Part shown: piece after piece, positions 1 to 9,164 of the stretch
Numbering within the stretch: position 1 is the first letter of the stretch
Layout: each line of letters opens with the position of its first letter
From: Roseibacillus sp.
GTDB lineage: Bacteria > Verrucomicrobiota > Verrucomicrobiia > Verrucomicrobiales > Akkermansiaceae
Assembly: GCA_051251855.1 (NCBI GenBank)
Contig: JBPOGI010000001.1
Span: 768,001-832,000, forward strand
Reading direction: 5' to 3'
Length of the DNA stretch: 64,000 bases
Notes under the pieces: model-generated
The model's database searches: none
Seen by the model: only the letters and a program-made list of their open reading frames with translations
Told to the model about the DNA's origin: nothing
Program-made: the position numbers and the translations under genes

Positions 1-86
1 TTGCTTTTCTCAGTGAACTTTCATTTTTTAGCATCCACTCTCTTCTATCGGACGTTTCCATTTGGAACACCTGACTTTTAAGGCTT

Positions 87-1652
87 TTGAAATCACTTAC
101 TCGAAATCTTTTCTACCTCCTCACGATAGGAGGCTGCTCTTTCTGCAACGCATTGGAAATTCGGTCCTACGATCCTGCGAGGCATGACCGGTTTGTGAAC
201 TTTCCCTCGAACCTGACGGCCAATTCGACGTTCTATCTCGGCGGAGAGGATTGGTCGGGATTCGGCTGGAGTGTGCAGGATACGAGGAAGCATTTTACGC
301 TGATTTCACCCAAGCATTTTGTGGGAGCGCGCCACTTTCGCCCGGCGGTGGGGAGCTCGGTGCGCTTTGTGAACCGAGAGGGAGTTGTGAAGGATTACAC
401 CGTGGCCGCACGCCATGATATCGCGAACGATGAGACCCCAGCGGGCGTGAGCGATTTGTTTGTGGGTGAGTTGAGCGAGGTGATCGCCGAGGAGGAATTG
501 GTTTCGGCGGTCCCTTTCTATAATCTGGATACGGAGGCGGAATATGTGAATGAGGAAATCGTGATGAGCGGACGAAATTCTCGCGCTGCCATTAATACGA
601 TCGCAGGTTTCGTTGATTTTGAGGGTGGGCCGGGGTCGGGAGTTTCGCTGAATCGGGGTTTCTCTTCGACTTACACCGATCCGGGATTCGGAGGGGATCG
701 TTGTTATTTAGTAAATGGCGATTCAGGCGGTCCTTCGGCTGTGCAAACCACGGAGGGCTTTGCTTTGGTTGGCACGCACTCTACCGTTGGGGCCGCGACG
801 GTGTTGTTCACGACTACCTACACGAATAACGATGTCTTTGTTCCTCACTATATGGAGCGAGTGGACGCGGTTTTGGAGGACGATGGCTATCATGTGACGC
901 GCTTCAATGAGACCCTGCCGGAGCTGACTTTTTCGGTCACTGAGTCGCAGGATCCGGCCATTTCTTCGGAGGGGGTGAGCTATCTCTTGACGGTGGCAAA
1001 CTCGGCTACAGGTGAGGAAGCTCACAATCTGAAGTTGGAACTGAGTTGCGATGGTGGTGCGACTTTCGCGAGTGTGTCGGGTTCGGGTTGGGTGGTTGAG
1101 AATGGGGGCACGACCTTGCGAGCGCTTCGTGGGGGCTTGGATTCTGATGAGACTTCGGGGGTGACTGTGGTGGTGGATTTGCCGGATGAACCAGAGGGAG
1201 ATGTGACGTTCTCGGCGACTTTGAGCGCTGATGGGAGTTCCGATTTGAGTCTTATGGAGACCACTCAAGTGGCGCAGAGCTTTGAGAGTTGGGCCTCGGA
1301 GTTGACGCAGAGTGGGCCTTCCGATGATTCGGATGGAGATGGGGTGTCCAATTTCATGGAGTATGTCTTAGGCCGTGATGGCGGGGTCGCTGAGGCAGTG
1401 ACGAATTTTTCTGTCGAAGGGGGGGCACTCGCGGGAACTTTTACTCGAAGAGTCTATCGAGAGTTGCTGGGAGCGGAAGTGGCTCTCGAGCGTTCGAGTG
1501 ATCTGCAAAACTGGAGTGAAGTTGAGGAAAGTGAATTTATGGTAGCTCCTTTGGATTCCCAGCTGGAGACGGTAACTTTCTCGGAATTACTTGGAGAAAG
1601 AGCCTTCTTTCGCTTTCGAGCCTCGTTGCCGGAGGGCCTTGACCCGGAATAG
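87..1652 (+). CDS. Secreted trypsin-like (S1) serine protease with DUF11-like Ig domain and Verrucomicrobia-type C-terminal module
   Basis: Signal-like N-terminus; His motif FVGARHF, Asp in SDLFVG, catalytic GDSGGP; DSDGDGVSNFMEY, ERSSDLQNW and RAFFRFRA near the end. TTG start. Confidence 0.75.
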   Translation: MKSLTRNLFYLLTIGGCSFCNALEIRSYDPARHDRFVNFPSNLTANSTFYLGGEDWSGFGWSVQDTRKHFTLISPKHFVGARHFRPAVGSSVRFVNREGVVKDYTVAARHDIANDETPAGVSDLFVGELSEVIAEEELVSAVPFYNLDTEAEYVNEEIVMSGRNSRAAINTIAGFVDFEGGPGSGVSLNRGFSSTYTDPGFGGDRCYLVNGDSGGPSAVQTTEGFALVGTHSTVGAATVLFTTTYTNNDVFVPHYMERVDAVLEDDGYHVTRFNETLPELTFSVTESQDPAISSEGVSYLLTVANSATGEEAHNLKLELSCDGGATFASVSGSGWVVENGGTTLRALRGGLDSDETSGVTVVVDLPDEPEGDVTFSATLSADGSSDLSLMETTQVAQSFESWASELTQSGPSDDSDGDGVSNFMEYVLGRDGGVAEAVTNFSVEGGALAGTFTRRVYRELLGAEVALERSSDLQNWSEVEESEFMVAPLDSQLETVTFSELLGERAFFRFRASLPEGLDPE

Positions 1653-1713
1653 TCTGACAAAAGTGCGTGATTCGGGATTGGCGAGAGCGGAATGCTGGGC
1701 TATGAGAAGCGCG

Positions 1714-1926
1714 ATGAAGACATTTTCCCTGATTTCTGCCGTTGCGGTCTTGTTTCTGAGCGCTTGTGATCGTCACCAATGGGAGGGCAAAGATGGAGTG
1801 AAAGAGCTCTATGAGCATGAGGTTGAGGGCCATGCAAAGGGTCACGGAGACGGACATGGTAAGGACGGTGATAAGAATGCGCACGCTAAAGAAGGTGCGC
1901 ACAAGAAAGAAGAGGAAGCTCACTAA
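1714..1926 (+). CDS. Small His/Gly/Lys-rich lipoprotein
   Basis: MKTFSLISAVAVLFLSA-C lipobox; His-rich tail. Start moved to ATG 1714 (1702 also possible). Confidence 0.75.
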   Translation: MKTFSLISAVAVLFLSACDRHQWEGKDGVKELYEHEVEGHAKGHGDGHGKDGDKNAHAKEGAHKKEEEAH

Positions 1927-1935
1927 TCCTGTCTT

Positions 1936-4029
1936 GTGGCAGCGGGGTTTGACATTCGGCAGCTAAATCCTGCCCAGAGGAAAGCTGTCGAGACGTTGGA
2001 TGGCCCAGTGCTGATCCTCGCCGGAGCAGGCACGGGAAAGACGCGGACGGTGACGTGTCGGATGGCTAACTTGCTAGAGCAAGGAGTGCGGCCAGAGCAG
2101 ATTCTCGCGGTGACCTTTACCAACAAGGCGGCTCGTGAGATGCAGGAGCGGGTGGCTGGAATGGTGAGTAAGAAGCAGGCGGACAAGCTGACGGTTTGCA
2201 CCTTTCACTCGCTGTGTGTTCGGCTTTTAAAAGGCGGGATCGAGTTGCTGGGGTATAAGAAGAATTTTTCGATTTGCACGCCAGGCGATCAGCAGGCGCT
2301 GATTAAGCAGTTCATCGTGAAGCGCGGAGGGCTGAAGGAGAAGATCAAGCCGGGTGATGTGCTCTCTGCGATTTCGAGTGCGAAGAATTCACCGCATGGG
2401 TTTGATTCCATTGAGGATGAGCTTTTCCGCAGTATTGCGGTTGATTACCAGAATGAGCTGCGGGCGCGTAACTGTGTCGATTTCGATGATTTGTTGCTGT
2501 TAGGAGAGCAGTTGTTGCGGGAGTTTCCGGAAGAGCGCGCAAAGTGGCAGGAGCATTATCGCTACATTACGGTGGATGAGTTTCAGGATACCAACTCACT
2601 GCAGATGGACTTACTGCAGAATCTAGTGGGGACGCCGTACAATATTTGCGTGGTGGGCGATGACGACCAGAGTATCTACGGCTGGCGTGGGGCCGAGGTG
2701 GCGAATATTCTGCAGTTTGAGCGCTTCTTTGAGGGGCCTGAGGTGATTCTATTGCAGGAGAACTACCGCAGTACGCAGGCGGTGCTGGAGGTGGCTAATA
2801 AGCTCATTAAGGGGAATGTGGGGCGGCGAGAGAAGGAGCTGATTCATACGATCCCAGGAGGAGACTTGATCCAGTTGGTGGCCTTTGGCGGTGAGGATGA
2901 GGAGGCGGAGTGGGTGGCTGATGAAATGAAGCGGCTGCGGCGCTTGGGGAAAAAGAAGAAGGACGGTGAGCCGAAGATTGATGCCGCCGTGCAGCGGATG
3001 ATCGGGGGAGGTTCTGGGGCCTTGATGGAGGCTGGAGGTGAGGACCCGAATTGGAGGCCTTGGGAGGATTTTTCGGTGCTGTTTCGGACCAATACGCAGA
3101 TTCGGAAGATGGAGCAGGTGTTGCGTGAGAAGGAGATTCCTTATCGTTTGGTGGGAGCTCAGAGCTTCTATGACCGGCGGGAGGTAAGGGATGTTTTAGC
3201 CTACTTGCAGGTGATTGTGGATCCTCATGCGGATGTGCCTTTACTGCGAATTCTCAATACTCCGCCGCGGGGAATAGGGAATTCGACGGCTCTGGTGGCG
3301 AATGATTGGAGCCGTGACCAAGAGTGCAGTATCTGGGATGCGATGGATAACGAGGGTTTCCTGGAGCAACTGGGGACGCGAGGGAGGAAGGCGATTGGAG
3401 AATTTCAGGCATTGATTGGTGGGGCGCATGTTCGGCTGACGGATGGGGGGAATCCCAGAGAAGTCTTGGAGTCGGTGTTAGAGAGTTCTGATTATGTCGA
3501 TTGGTTGATGCGGAATATGAAGACGGACCAAGAGCGCGATCAGCGGCGTGCGGGGATGGGCTTTTTCATGGAAGGCTTGGATCGGGCAATGGAGAAGGGG
3601 AAGACGGTGCGGACTTTCCTAGAGGAGACTTTGTTAGACCCGCAGAAGGATGATGAGTTGGACGATAAAAAGGGGGTGACCTTGATTACGCTCCATGCGG
3701 CGAAGGGGTTGGAGTATCCTATTGTCTTTTTGGTGGGGTTGGAGGAAGGGATTTTGCCGCATAAGCGTTCCGTCGAGGAGGGGACGAAGGATGAGGAGCG
3801 CCGGTTACTCTATGTGGGGATTACTCGGGCACAGGAGCGGCTTTCGCTTACTTATTGCGGGACTCGGGTGAAGTGGGGTGAGGAGATTCATTGTGAGCCG
3901 AGCAGTTTTATTGGGGAATTAGATTTCGAGTGGATCGAAGAGATTGACCACGAGGCCGCGATGAAAGAGGAAGCGAGCGAGGATGATGTCGCCGATTTCT
4001 TAGGCGGAATGCGCGCGATGCTGGAATAG
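1936..4029 (+). CDS. ATP-dependent DNA helicase, UvrD/Rep/PcrA family
   Basis: LNPAQ Q-motif, AGAGTGKT, TFTNKAA, VDEFQDTN, VGDDDQSIYGWRGA, NYRS, TLHAAKGLEY, EERRLLYVGITRA. Confidence 0.95.
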   Translation: MAAGFDIRQLNPAQRKAVETLDGPVLILAGAGTGKTRTVTCRMANLLEQGVRPEQILAVTFTNKAAREMQERVAGMVSKKQADKLTVCTFHSLCVRLLKGGIELLGYKKNFSICTPGDQQALIKQFIVKRGGLKEKIKPGDVLSAISSAKNSPHGFDSIEDELFRSIAVDYQNELRARNCVDFDDLLLLGEQLLREFPEERAKWQEHYRYITVDEFQDTNSLQMDLLQNLVGTPYNICVVGDDDQSIYGWRGAEVANILQFERFFEGPEVILLQENYRSTQAVLEVANKLIKGNVGRREKELIHTIPGGDLIQLVAFGGEDEEAEWVADEMKRLRRLGKKKKDGEPKIDAAVQRMIGGGSGALMEAGGEDPNWRPWEDFSVLFRTNTQIRKMEQVLREKEIPYRLVGAQSFYDRREVRDVLAYLQVIVDPHADVPLLRILNTPPRGIGNSTALVANDWSRDQECSIWDAMDNEGFLEQLGTRGRKAIGEFQALIGGAHVRLTDGGNPREVLESVLESSDYVDWLMRNMKTDQERDQRRAGMGFFMEGLDRAMEKGKTVRTFLEETLLDPQKDDELDDKKGVTLITLHAAKGLEYPIVFLVGLEEGILPHKRSVEEGTKDEERRLLYVGITRAQERLSLTYCGTRVKWGEEIHCEPSSFIGELDFEWIEEIDHEAAMKEEASEDDVADFLGGMRAMLE

Positions 4030-4087
4030 GCAGCGGATGGCCTTCTTCGGGGGTTGTGGGCTTGGAGGAATGCGCTATCATTGCGAC

Positions 4088-4447
4088 GTGGCGACGGTGA
4101 AATTTACGGTTGGTAATGAGAAGTTGGTGAAGGTGCTCGACGGGGCATCGAGCCATTTGCGTGGCTTGTTGGAGAAGCAAGGGCGTGAGGAGGGGGCGCT
4201 AAAGATTGCGGTAGTGGGTGGCGGTTGTAGTGGTTTGCAGTATCAAATGGACTTGGTGGATGGGCCACGAGATCGGGATGTTTTGGTGGAGAGTAACGGG
4301 GTGAAGGTGGTGATTGATCCGAAGAGCGCCCTTTTTGTGAGTGGAAGTGAGTTGGATTATTCGGATGATCTTCAGCAAGGTGGGTTCAAGGTGCAGAATC
4401 CAAATGCGTTGGTGACTTGCTCCTGTGGCGAGAGTTTCGCGGCATGA
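4088..4447 (+). CDS. iscA: A-type Fe-S carrier (IscA/ErpA/HesB family)
   Basis: GGCSGLQY and C-terminal CSCGESF. GTG start at 4088 is likely (ORF open from 4037). Confidence 0.9.
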   Translation: MATVKFTVGNEKLVKVLDGASSHLRGLLEKQGREEGALKIAVVGGGCSGLQYQMDLVDGPRDRDVLVESNGVKVVIDPKSALFVSGSELDYSDDLQQGGFKVQNPNALVTCSCGESFAA

Positions 4448-4992
4448 ATGCTTGGGAAGAATTGGGGCTGCCTGTGGGATTGGTTGTGGCACCGGAGGAA
4501 GTTGAGGAGGCTTTTCGTAAGAAGAGTGAGGGTGCGCATCCGGATTCAGGAGGCGAAGTGGGAGAATTCGAGCGCATTCGAGAGGCGCGTGATCTTTTAC
4601 GAGACGATTTTCAGAGGTTGGAGCTTTGGCTTGATTTGCAAGGCGTGGAGCGAGCGCACTCGGGGGCGATTTCGGAGCGAGTGGGAGCGATGTTTGGGAG
4701 GGTGAGTGAGGCGACCAAAGGGGTGGATGCTTGGCTGGAGAAGGGGGCGGGAGTGAGTTCGAGTTTGGGCAAAGCGGTTTGGCAAAAGGAGGGGTTTGGA
4801 TGGAAAACTCGTTTGGAAGAGCTTTTGCAGGAGGTGAACGATTGGCAAGAAGGGGTGGTTGGGCTGTTTGTTGAGATTGGTGAAGGTGAGGTTGATAAAG
4901 CTTTGGAAGTTAGGGGTGAGTTAGGTTTTTTACGTAAGTGGAAGCATCAGCTTCAGGCGAGGTATGGAAAAATTTGGGAGGGGTTGGTGTAG
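4444..4992 (+). CDS. hscB: HscB-like J-domain co-chaperone
   Basis: HPD motif in N-terminal J domain; ATGA overlap with iscA; lies between iscA and an Hsp70. Confidence 0.7.
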   Translation: MNAWEELGLPVGLVVAPEEVEEAFRKKSEGAHPDSGGEVGEFERIREARDLLRDDFQRLELWLDLQGVERAHSGAISERVGAMFGRVSEATKGVDAWLEKGAGVSSSLGKAVWQKEGFGWKTRLEELLQEVNDWQEGVVGLFVEIGEGEVDKALEVRGELGFLRKWKHQLQARYGKIWEGLV

Positions 4993-5007
4993 ATTTACTT
5001 TGAGAAA

Positions 5008-6714
5008 ATGAGTGAAGAATTGATTGTGGGTATCGACTTGGGGACGACGAATTCGGCGGTAGGAGTTGTGGAGTCGGGCTTTCCGATTTTGTTGGCAGAT
5101 AAAGAGGGACGCCGATTGACGCCAAGTGCAGTATGGTTCGGAGGGGACGCCGAGGTCGAGGTGGGTACTCCGGCGCTTCGTCGTCGGGGCCTAGGGGGAG
5201 TGGTGACGAGTGTGAAGCGCCTGATGGGGACTGGAGAGAAGGTTGCGGAACGGACTCCAGAAGAGGTCAGTAGTGAGATATTGAAAGCTCTCAAGACGGT
5301 TGCTGAAGAGCGGCTTGGGAAGGAGGTGCGCAAGGCGGTGATTACGGTGCCAGCGTATTTCAATGAGGGGCAGCGAGGGGCGACTCAGCGGGCTGGAGAG
5401 TTGGCGGGCTTGGAGGTAGTACGTTTGTTGAGTGAGCCTACGGCTGCGGCGTTGGCATACGGCTTGGACAAGTTGGGAGAGGATAGGCGTGTAGTGGTGT
5501 ATGATTTAGGGGGAGGAACGTTTGATGTTTCGATCTTGGAGCTGCGTTCAGGCCAGTTCGAGGTGTTGGCGACGGCGGGTGATACGCGTTTGGGAGGCGA
5601 TGATTTAGATGAGGCTATTTTGGGAGCGGCAGGAGTGGTGTTAAGCGAGTTGACTGAAGGGGAGCGGGGCCGTGTCCTTCAGGAAGCGGAACGGGTGAAG
5701 TTTGCGTTGAGTGAGGGTGAGGAAGCGGTCTTTAGGGTGCCGTTTTTGGGAGGCGAAGGAATCGAGAGGCCGATTTCGCGGGAGGAATTCGAGGATTTAA
5801 TCGAGCCGCTTTTGAAGCGAACGGAGGCCTGTTGTCGTCGGGCGATGGCGGATGCTGATTTGAAGCCAGAGGAGATCGAGGCGGTTGTTTTGGCTGGAGG
5901 AAGTACGCGAGTGCCTGCTGTGCGAAGGCGGGTGGAGGCGATTTTTGGGCGCGAAGTGGTGGAGGGGGTGGATCCTGATGAGACTGTGGGCCTTGGTGCC
6001 GCGATTCAGGCGGGGATTATTAGCGGTGCGGTTCGGGAAGTAGTGCTACTCGATGTCACTCCACTGAGTCTGGGGATCGAGACGGTTGGTGGGCTGATGA
6101 ACGTTCTGATTCCGCGCAATACCACGATTCCCTGCAAGGCAGGTGAGATGTTTACTAACGCAGTGGCAGGACAGAGTTCGATGAAAATTCGGGTCCTGCA
6201 AGGGGAGCGTGAATTGGCAAAGGACAATTGGGAACTAGGGGTGGTGGAAGTGCCTTTTGAGGCGTCGTCGAAAGGCCAGGCTCGAGTGGGAGTGCAGTTT
6301 TCGCTCGATGCGAGCGGTCTTCTGGAAATTTTGACGCGGGATACAGCGAGTGGTCAGGACACCATTTTGACGATCGAAAGCGCGGCGGTCGACGTGGCTG
6401 ATGCGCAAGTGGAGCAAATGGTTTCAGAAAGTGTGGACCATGCTTTTGCGGATATGAGCGCAAGGGTTTTTGTGGAAGCTAAACTTAAGGCTGAGGAGCT
6501 TCTTGGGGCGCTGGGGCCAGCTTTGGCGGAGGTGGGAGAGGTTTTGAGCGAGGAGGATTTGGCTGCGGTAAGGGAAGCGGAGGAGAAAGTGAGGGCTGAG
6601 CTTTCTTCCCCGAAACAGAGCGGTGCCTTGCTGAAGGCCGCGGTGGAAAATCTGGATGACGCGACGGAGCAACTGGCTGCTTTGGTAGTAGAACGTGCCA
6701 TGATGGGCGGGTAG
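5008..6714 (+). CDS. hscA: Hsp70-family chaperone, HscA-like
   Basis: [48 protein letters not shown]; shorter than DnaK; Fe-S gene context. Confidence 0.8.
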   Translation: MSEELIVGIDLGTTNSAVGVVESGFPILLADKEGRRLTPSAVWFGGDAEVEVGTPALRRRGLGGVVTSVKRLMGTGEKVAERTPEEVSSEILKALKTVAEERLGKEVRKAVITVPAYFNEGQRGATQRAGELAGLEVVRLLSEPTAAALAYGLDKLGEDRRVVVYDLGGGTFDVSILELRSGQFEVLATAGDTRLGGDDLDEAILGAAGVVLSELTEGERGRVLQEAERVKFALSEGEEAVFRVPFLGGEGIERPISREEFEDLIEPLLKRTEACCRRAMADADLKPEEIEAVVLAGGSTRVPAVRRRVEAIFGREVVEGVDPDETVGLGAAIQAGIISGAVREVVLLDVTPLSLGIETVGGLMNVLIPRNTTIPCKAGEMFTNAVAGQSSMKIRVLQGERELAKDNWELGVVEVPFEASSKGQARVGVQFSLDASGLLEILTRDTASGQDTILTIESAAVDVADAQVEQMVSESVDHAFADMSARVFVEAKLKAEELLGALGPALAEVGEVLSEEDLAAVREAEEKVRAELSSPKQSGALLKAAVENLDDATEQLAALVVERAMMGG

Positions 6715-6764
6715 ATGGCCTCAGGGCTTGCAGCGAGCTCTCTTGTGTTAAAGAATCACCACTG

Positions 6765-8021
6765 ATGAACGAACAGGCGCGGGAGGTTTTCCTTTGTCCA
6801 GACTGCGGTGGCCCCTCAACGGCTACCGGAGACGGGAAAGCTGTTTGTTCTAAATGTCATAAGGGATTTCTATTGCCGGCGAGCGCTTCTCGAAATGTCC
6901 AAGCCCGAACTCCCATCGCTCCCAAAGGAAGACCGGGTGCGATTCAGCGAAACATCGCTTTGAAGCAAAAGGGGGGCATGACTGATTTTGGGCAAATGGA
7001 TAAGATCGAGGAACCGGAGTTGTCCGTCTCTGACCTTGAGCAGCTAAAAGTCGAGCGCGGTGAGAGACGAAAGAAGTTCAAGAAACGTAGTAAGCCACCT
7101 GTTCGGGTTTATTTGGGCTGGTTTGGACTTTGGATACTTGCCGTTGGCATTGTTCTTTTGGTGGTGTCACGTTTGCAAGAGCAGTTTGCTGGGGGAGAGA
7201 AAAATGCCCTGACGATCGCTGAGCGGTTGGTTGGTGAAGAGCGCGAATTTTATAGGCAAGAGTATCCTCGGATTTATTCCCAGTTTAGTGGATTCATAGC
7301 GTCTCGGAGGGCGAGCGAGATGGCAGAGTTTACCAGAGATTCTCATCAGCTGGAGCGAAAGATGGGTCGTCACTTCAAGGGGCAAACAGCAAGGCGGCCA
7401 AGTCTGGGCCTCAAGGACCAGCCTGTTTTTTGGAATGTTGCCTTCGAAGAGAGTCCCGGATTTGTGGAAGTCGTTTGGGATGGGAAAGAGTCTGGCTTTT
7501 TTGAAGGAGTATTTGTGAAAGTAGATGATGAGTGGTTACTCGATTGGGAACAGTATGCGCGCTATTCCTCTGAGAGTTGGACCTTGTTTCACAAGAGGAT
7601 TGGGGGGCAGCGAAGCGGAGTCTTTCGGGTCTATGTGGAAAAAGTCTCGGAAGGGGATGGGACCGATTTTGAGCCTTGGATGAAAGTGAAGATTTCTCCT
7701 CCGCATGCTGATACTCGGCGCAGGGAGTTGGAAGAAAGCGAGTCTATTCAACTCGAGGGGAAGAGTGGACTGAGGTCTGATTTTGTCTCCTTGTTTGCAG
7801 ATTTATCAGGACGGACTGAGGGCTTTTCCAAACTCTGGAAACGAGACCCAGATGGGCTACGTCGAGCGACTTTGGAGCTTGAGTGGGTGGCAGATCCGGT
7901 GAGTGGAGAAGAAAGAATGGTCATTAAGCGTCTTTTGGCTGAGAATTGGCGAGTATTGAATGCGGATGCAGGGCAACCTGCATCTGAAAATGATAGCAAG
8001 GACTTGACGAACGATGAGTAA
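6765..8021 (+). CDS. Hypothetical single-pass membrane protein with N-terminal zinc ribbon
   Basis: CPDC...CSKC; one hydrophobic helix; long ORF. Confidence 0.7.
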   Translation: MNEQAREVFLCPDCGGPSTATGDGKAVCSKCHKGFLLPASASRNVQARTPIAPKGRPGAIQRNIALKQKGGMTDFGQMDKIEEPELSVSDLEQLKVERGERRKKFKKRSKPPVRVYLGWFGLWILAVGIVLLVVSRLQEQFAGGEKNALTIAERLVGEEREFYRQEYPRIYSQFSGFIASRRASEMAEFTRDSHQLERKMGRHFKGQTARRPSLGLKDQPVFWNVAFEESPGFVEVVWDGKESGFFEGVFVKVDDEWLLDWEQYARYSSESWTLFHKRIGGQRSGVFRVYVEKVSEGDGTDFEPWMKVKISPPHADTRRRELEESESIQLEGKSGLRSDFVSLFADLSGRTEGFSKLWKRDPDGLRRATLELEWVADPVSGEERMVIKRLLAENWRVLNADAGQPASENDSKDLTNDE

Positions 8022-9090
8022 GGAGAAGCCCCAATCTAATTTACCTGAAGGCCGGCGTGTATCGAAATCGAACTCGAGCCGTGAGAAGCTCTATTTGAAA
8101 AGGCAACAGTTGCTCGAAGAGATGCAGTCTTCGGATGACGAACGCCCAATTTCTGTTAGGGAACAAGTAGAGAAGCTCAAGTCAGGTAGTCCGGGGACAG
8201 GGGCTGATGAGGAAATGTGGGGAGCGAAGGAGAAAAGGAGAGCGAGTAGCCCGTGGATGCTCTGGGCAATCCTTGGATTAGTAATTCCGGTGGTGTTAGT
8301 TGGGCTAATTCTTTTGAGTAAGAACGGGAATGCGCCGTCAAGTGGTGGGAACTCAGGAACAGGATTGGACTTTGATACCCTCAGTGGAGCTGGAAAGGTG
8401 GAACCGCAGGATTGGTTTGTAGACAATTCGGGTGAGGCCTACTCTCGCGGTTTTGAGATTCTGGAAACCATGAGCCAGAAAGACTTAGCGATGGAGGATG
8501 TTGTTCCTTTTGTCCGGAGCAGCGCGCAGGCTGAGTTGCTTTTGGCATTGATTCAGAAAGGGGAGTGGTCAGGATTCGATACTAGAGATAGAACCCGAAT
8601 TCGGTGGTCATATGGCTCTTCAGGTGACGCGGGATTCATGACTTTAGAAGGGATAAGAAAGGATTTTCGTGAATTCAGGGCCTACTTTGTGCGAGATGAG
8701 AGTGAGATTTTGCTCGATGTTGAAGCAACACAATCGATGTCAGATATTCCTGTGGGTGAGTTGACAGGGGAATCGTTGGTTGGGGGCTCTCTCGTTCGTT
8801 GTTGGATTGCGAAGGAGCCTCACTTTGATGCACGCAGTGACGAAAGTCTTTTTTCTTGGTATCAGATTTTGGGACCCAATAAGGTTGATTTTGTGTGGGC
8901 CTATTGCAAGCGAGGAGACCCCCTTGACGAGCTTCTCAGGCAGAAGTTGAACTTCGGCCGTTTGATCGGAGAGCGGAAGTCCTATATTCGTGCGACTGTG
9001 AGGCTTGGAAACGCTCGTGGTTTTCGAGATGACGAGTTCCTCTTTGAGGAATTTCTCGCTGACGAATGGGTTTTGCCTACTGCTCAGTAG
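8014..9090 (+). CDS. Hypothetical single-pass membrane protein
   Basis: 8-bp overlap with the previous gene; one TM helix; similar overall layout. Confidence 0.7.
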   Translation: MSKEKPQSNLPEGRRVSKSNSSREKLYLKRQQLLEEMQSSDDERPISVREQVEKLKSGSPGTGADEEMWGAKEKRRASSPWMLWAILGLVIPVVLVGLILLSKNGNAPSSGGNSGTGLDFDTLSGAGKVEPQDWFVDNSGEAYSRGFEILETMSQKDLAMEDVVPFVRSSAQAELLLALIQKGEWSGFDTRDRTRIRWSYGSSGDAGFMTLEGIRKDFREFRAYFVRDESEILLDVEATQSMSDIPVGELTGESLVGGSLVRCWIAKEPHFDARSDESLFSWYQILGPNKVDFVWAYCKRGDPLDELLRQKLNFGRLIGERKSYIRATVRLGNARGFRDDEFLFEEFLADEWVLPTAQ

Positions 9091-9164
9091 GGTTTGATCC
9101 GCAGATTTTCGGCAAATCACGGGCTGGTATTTACAAATGGGCTGCTTTGGGTCATTGCAAAGCC

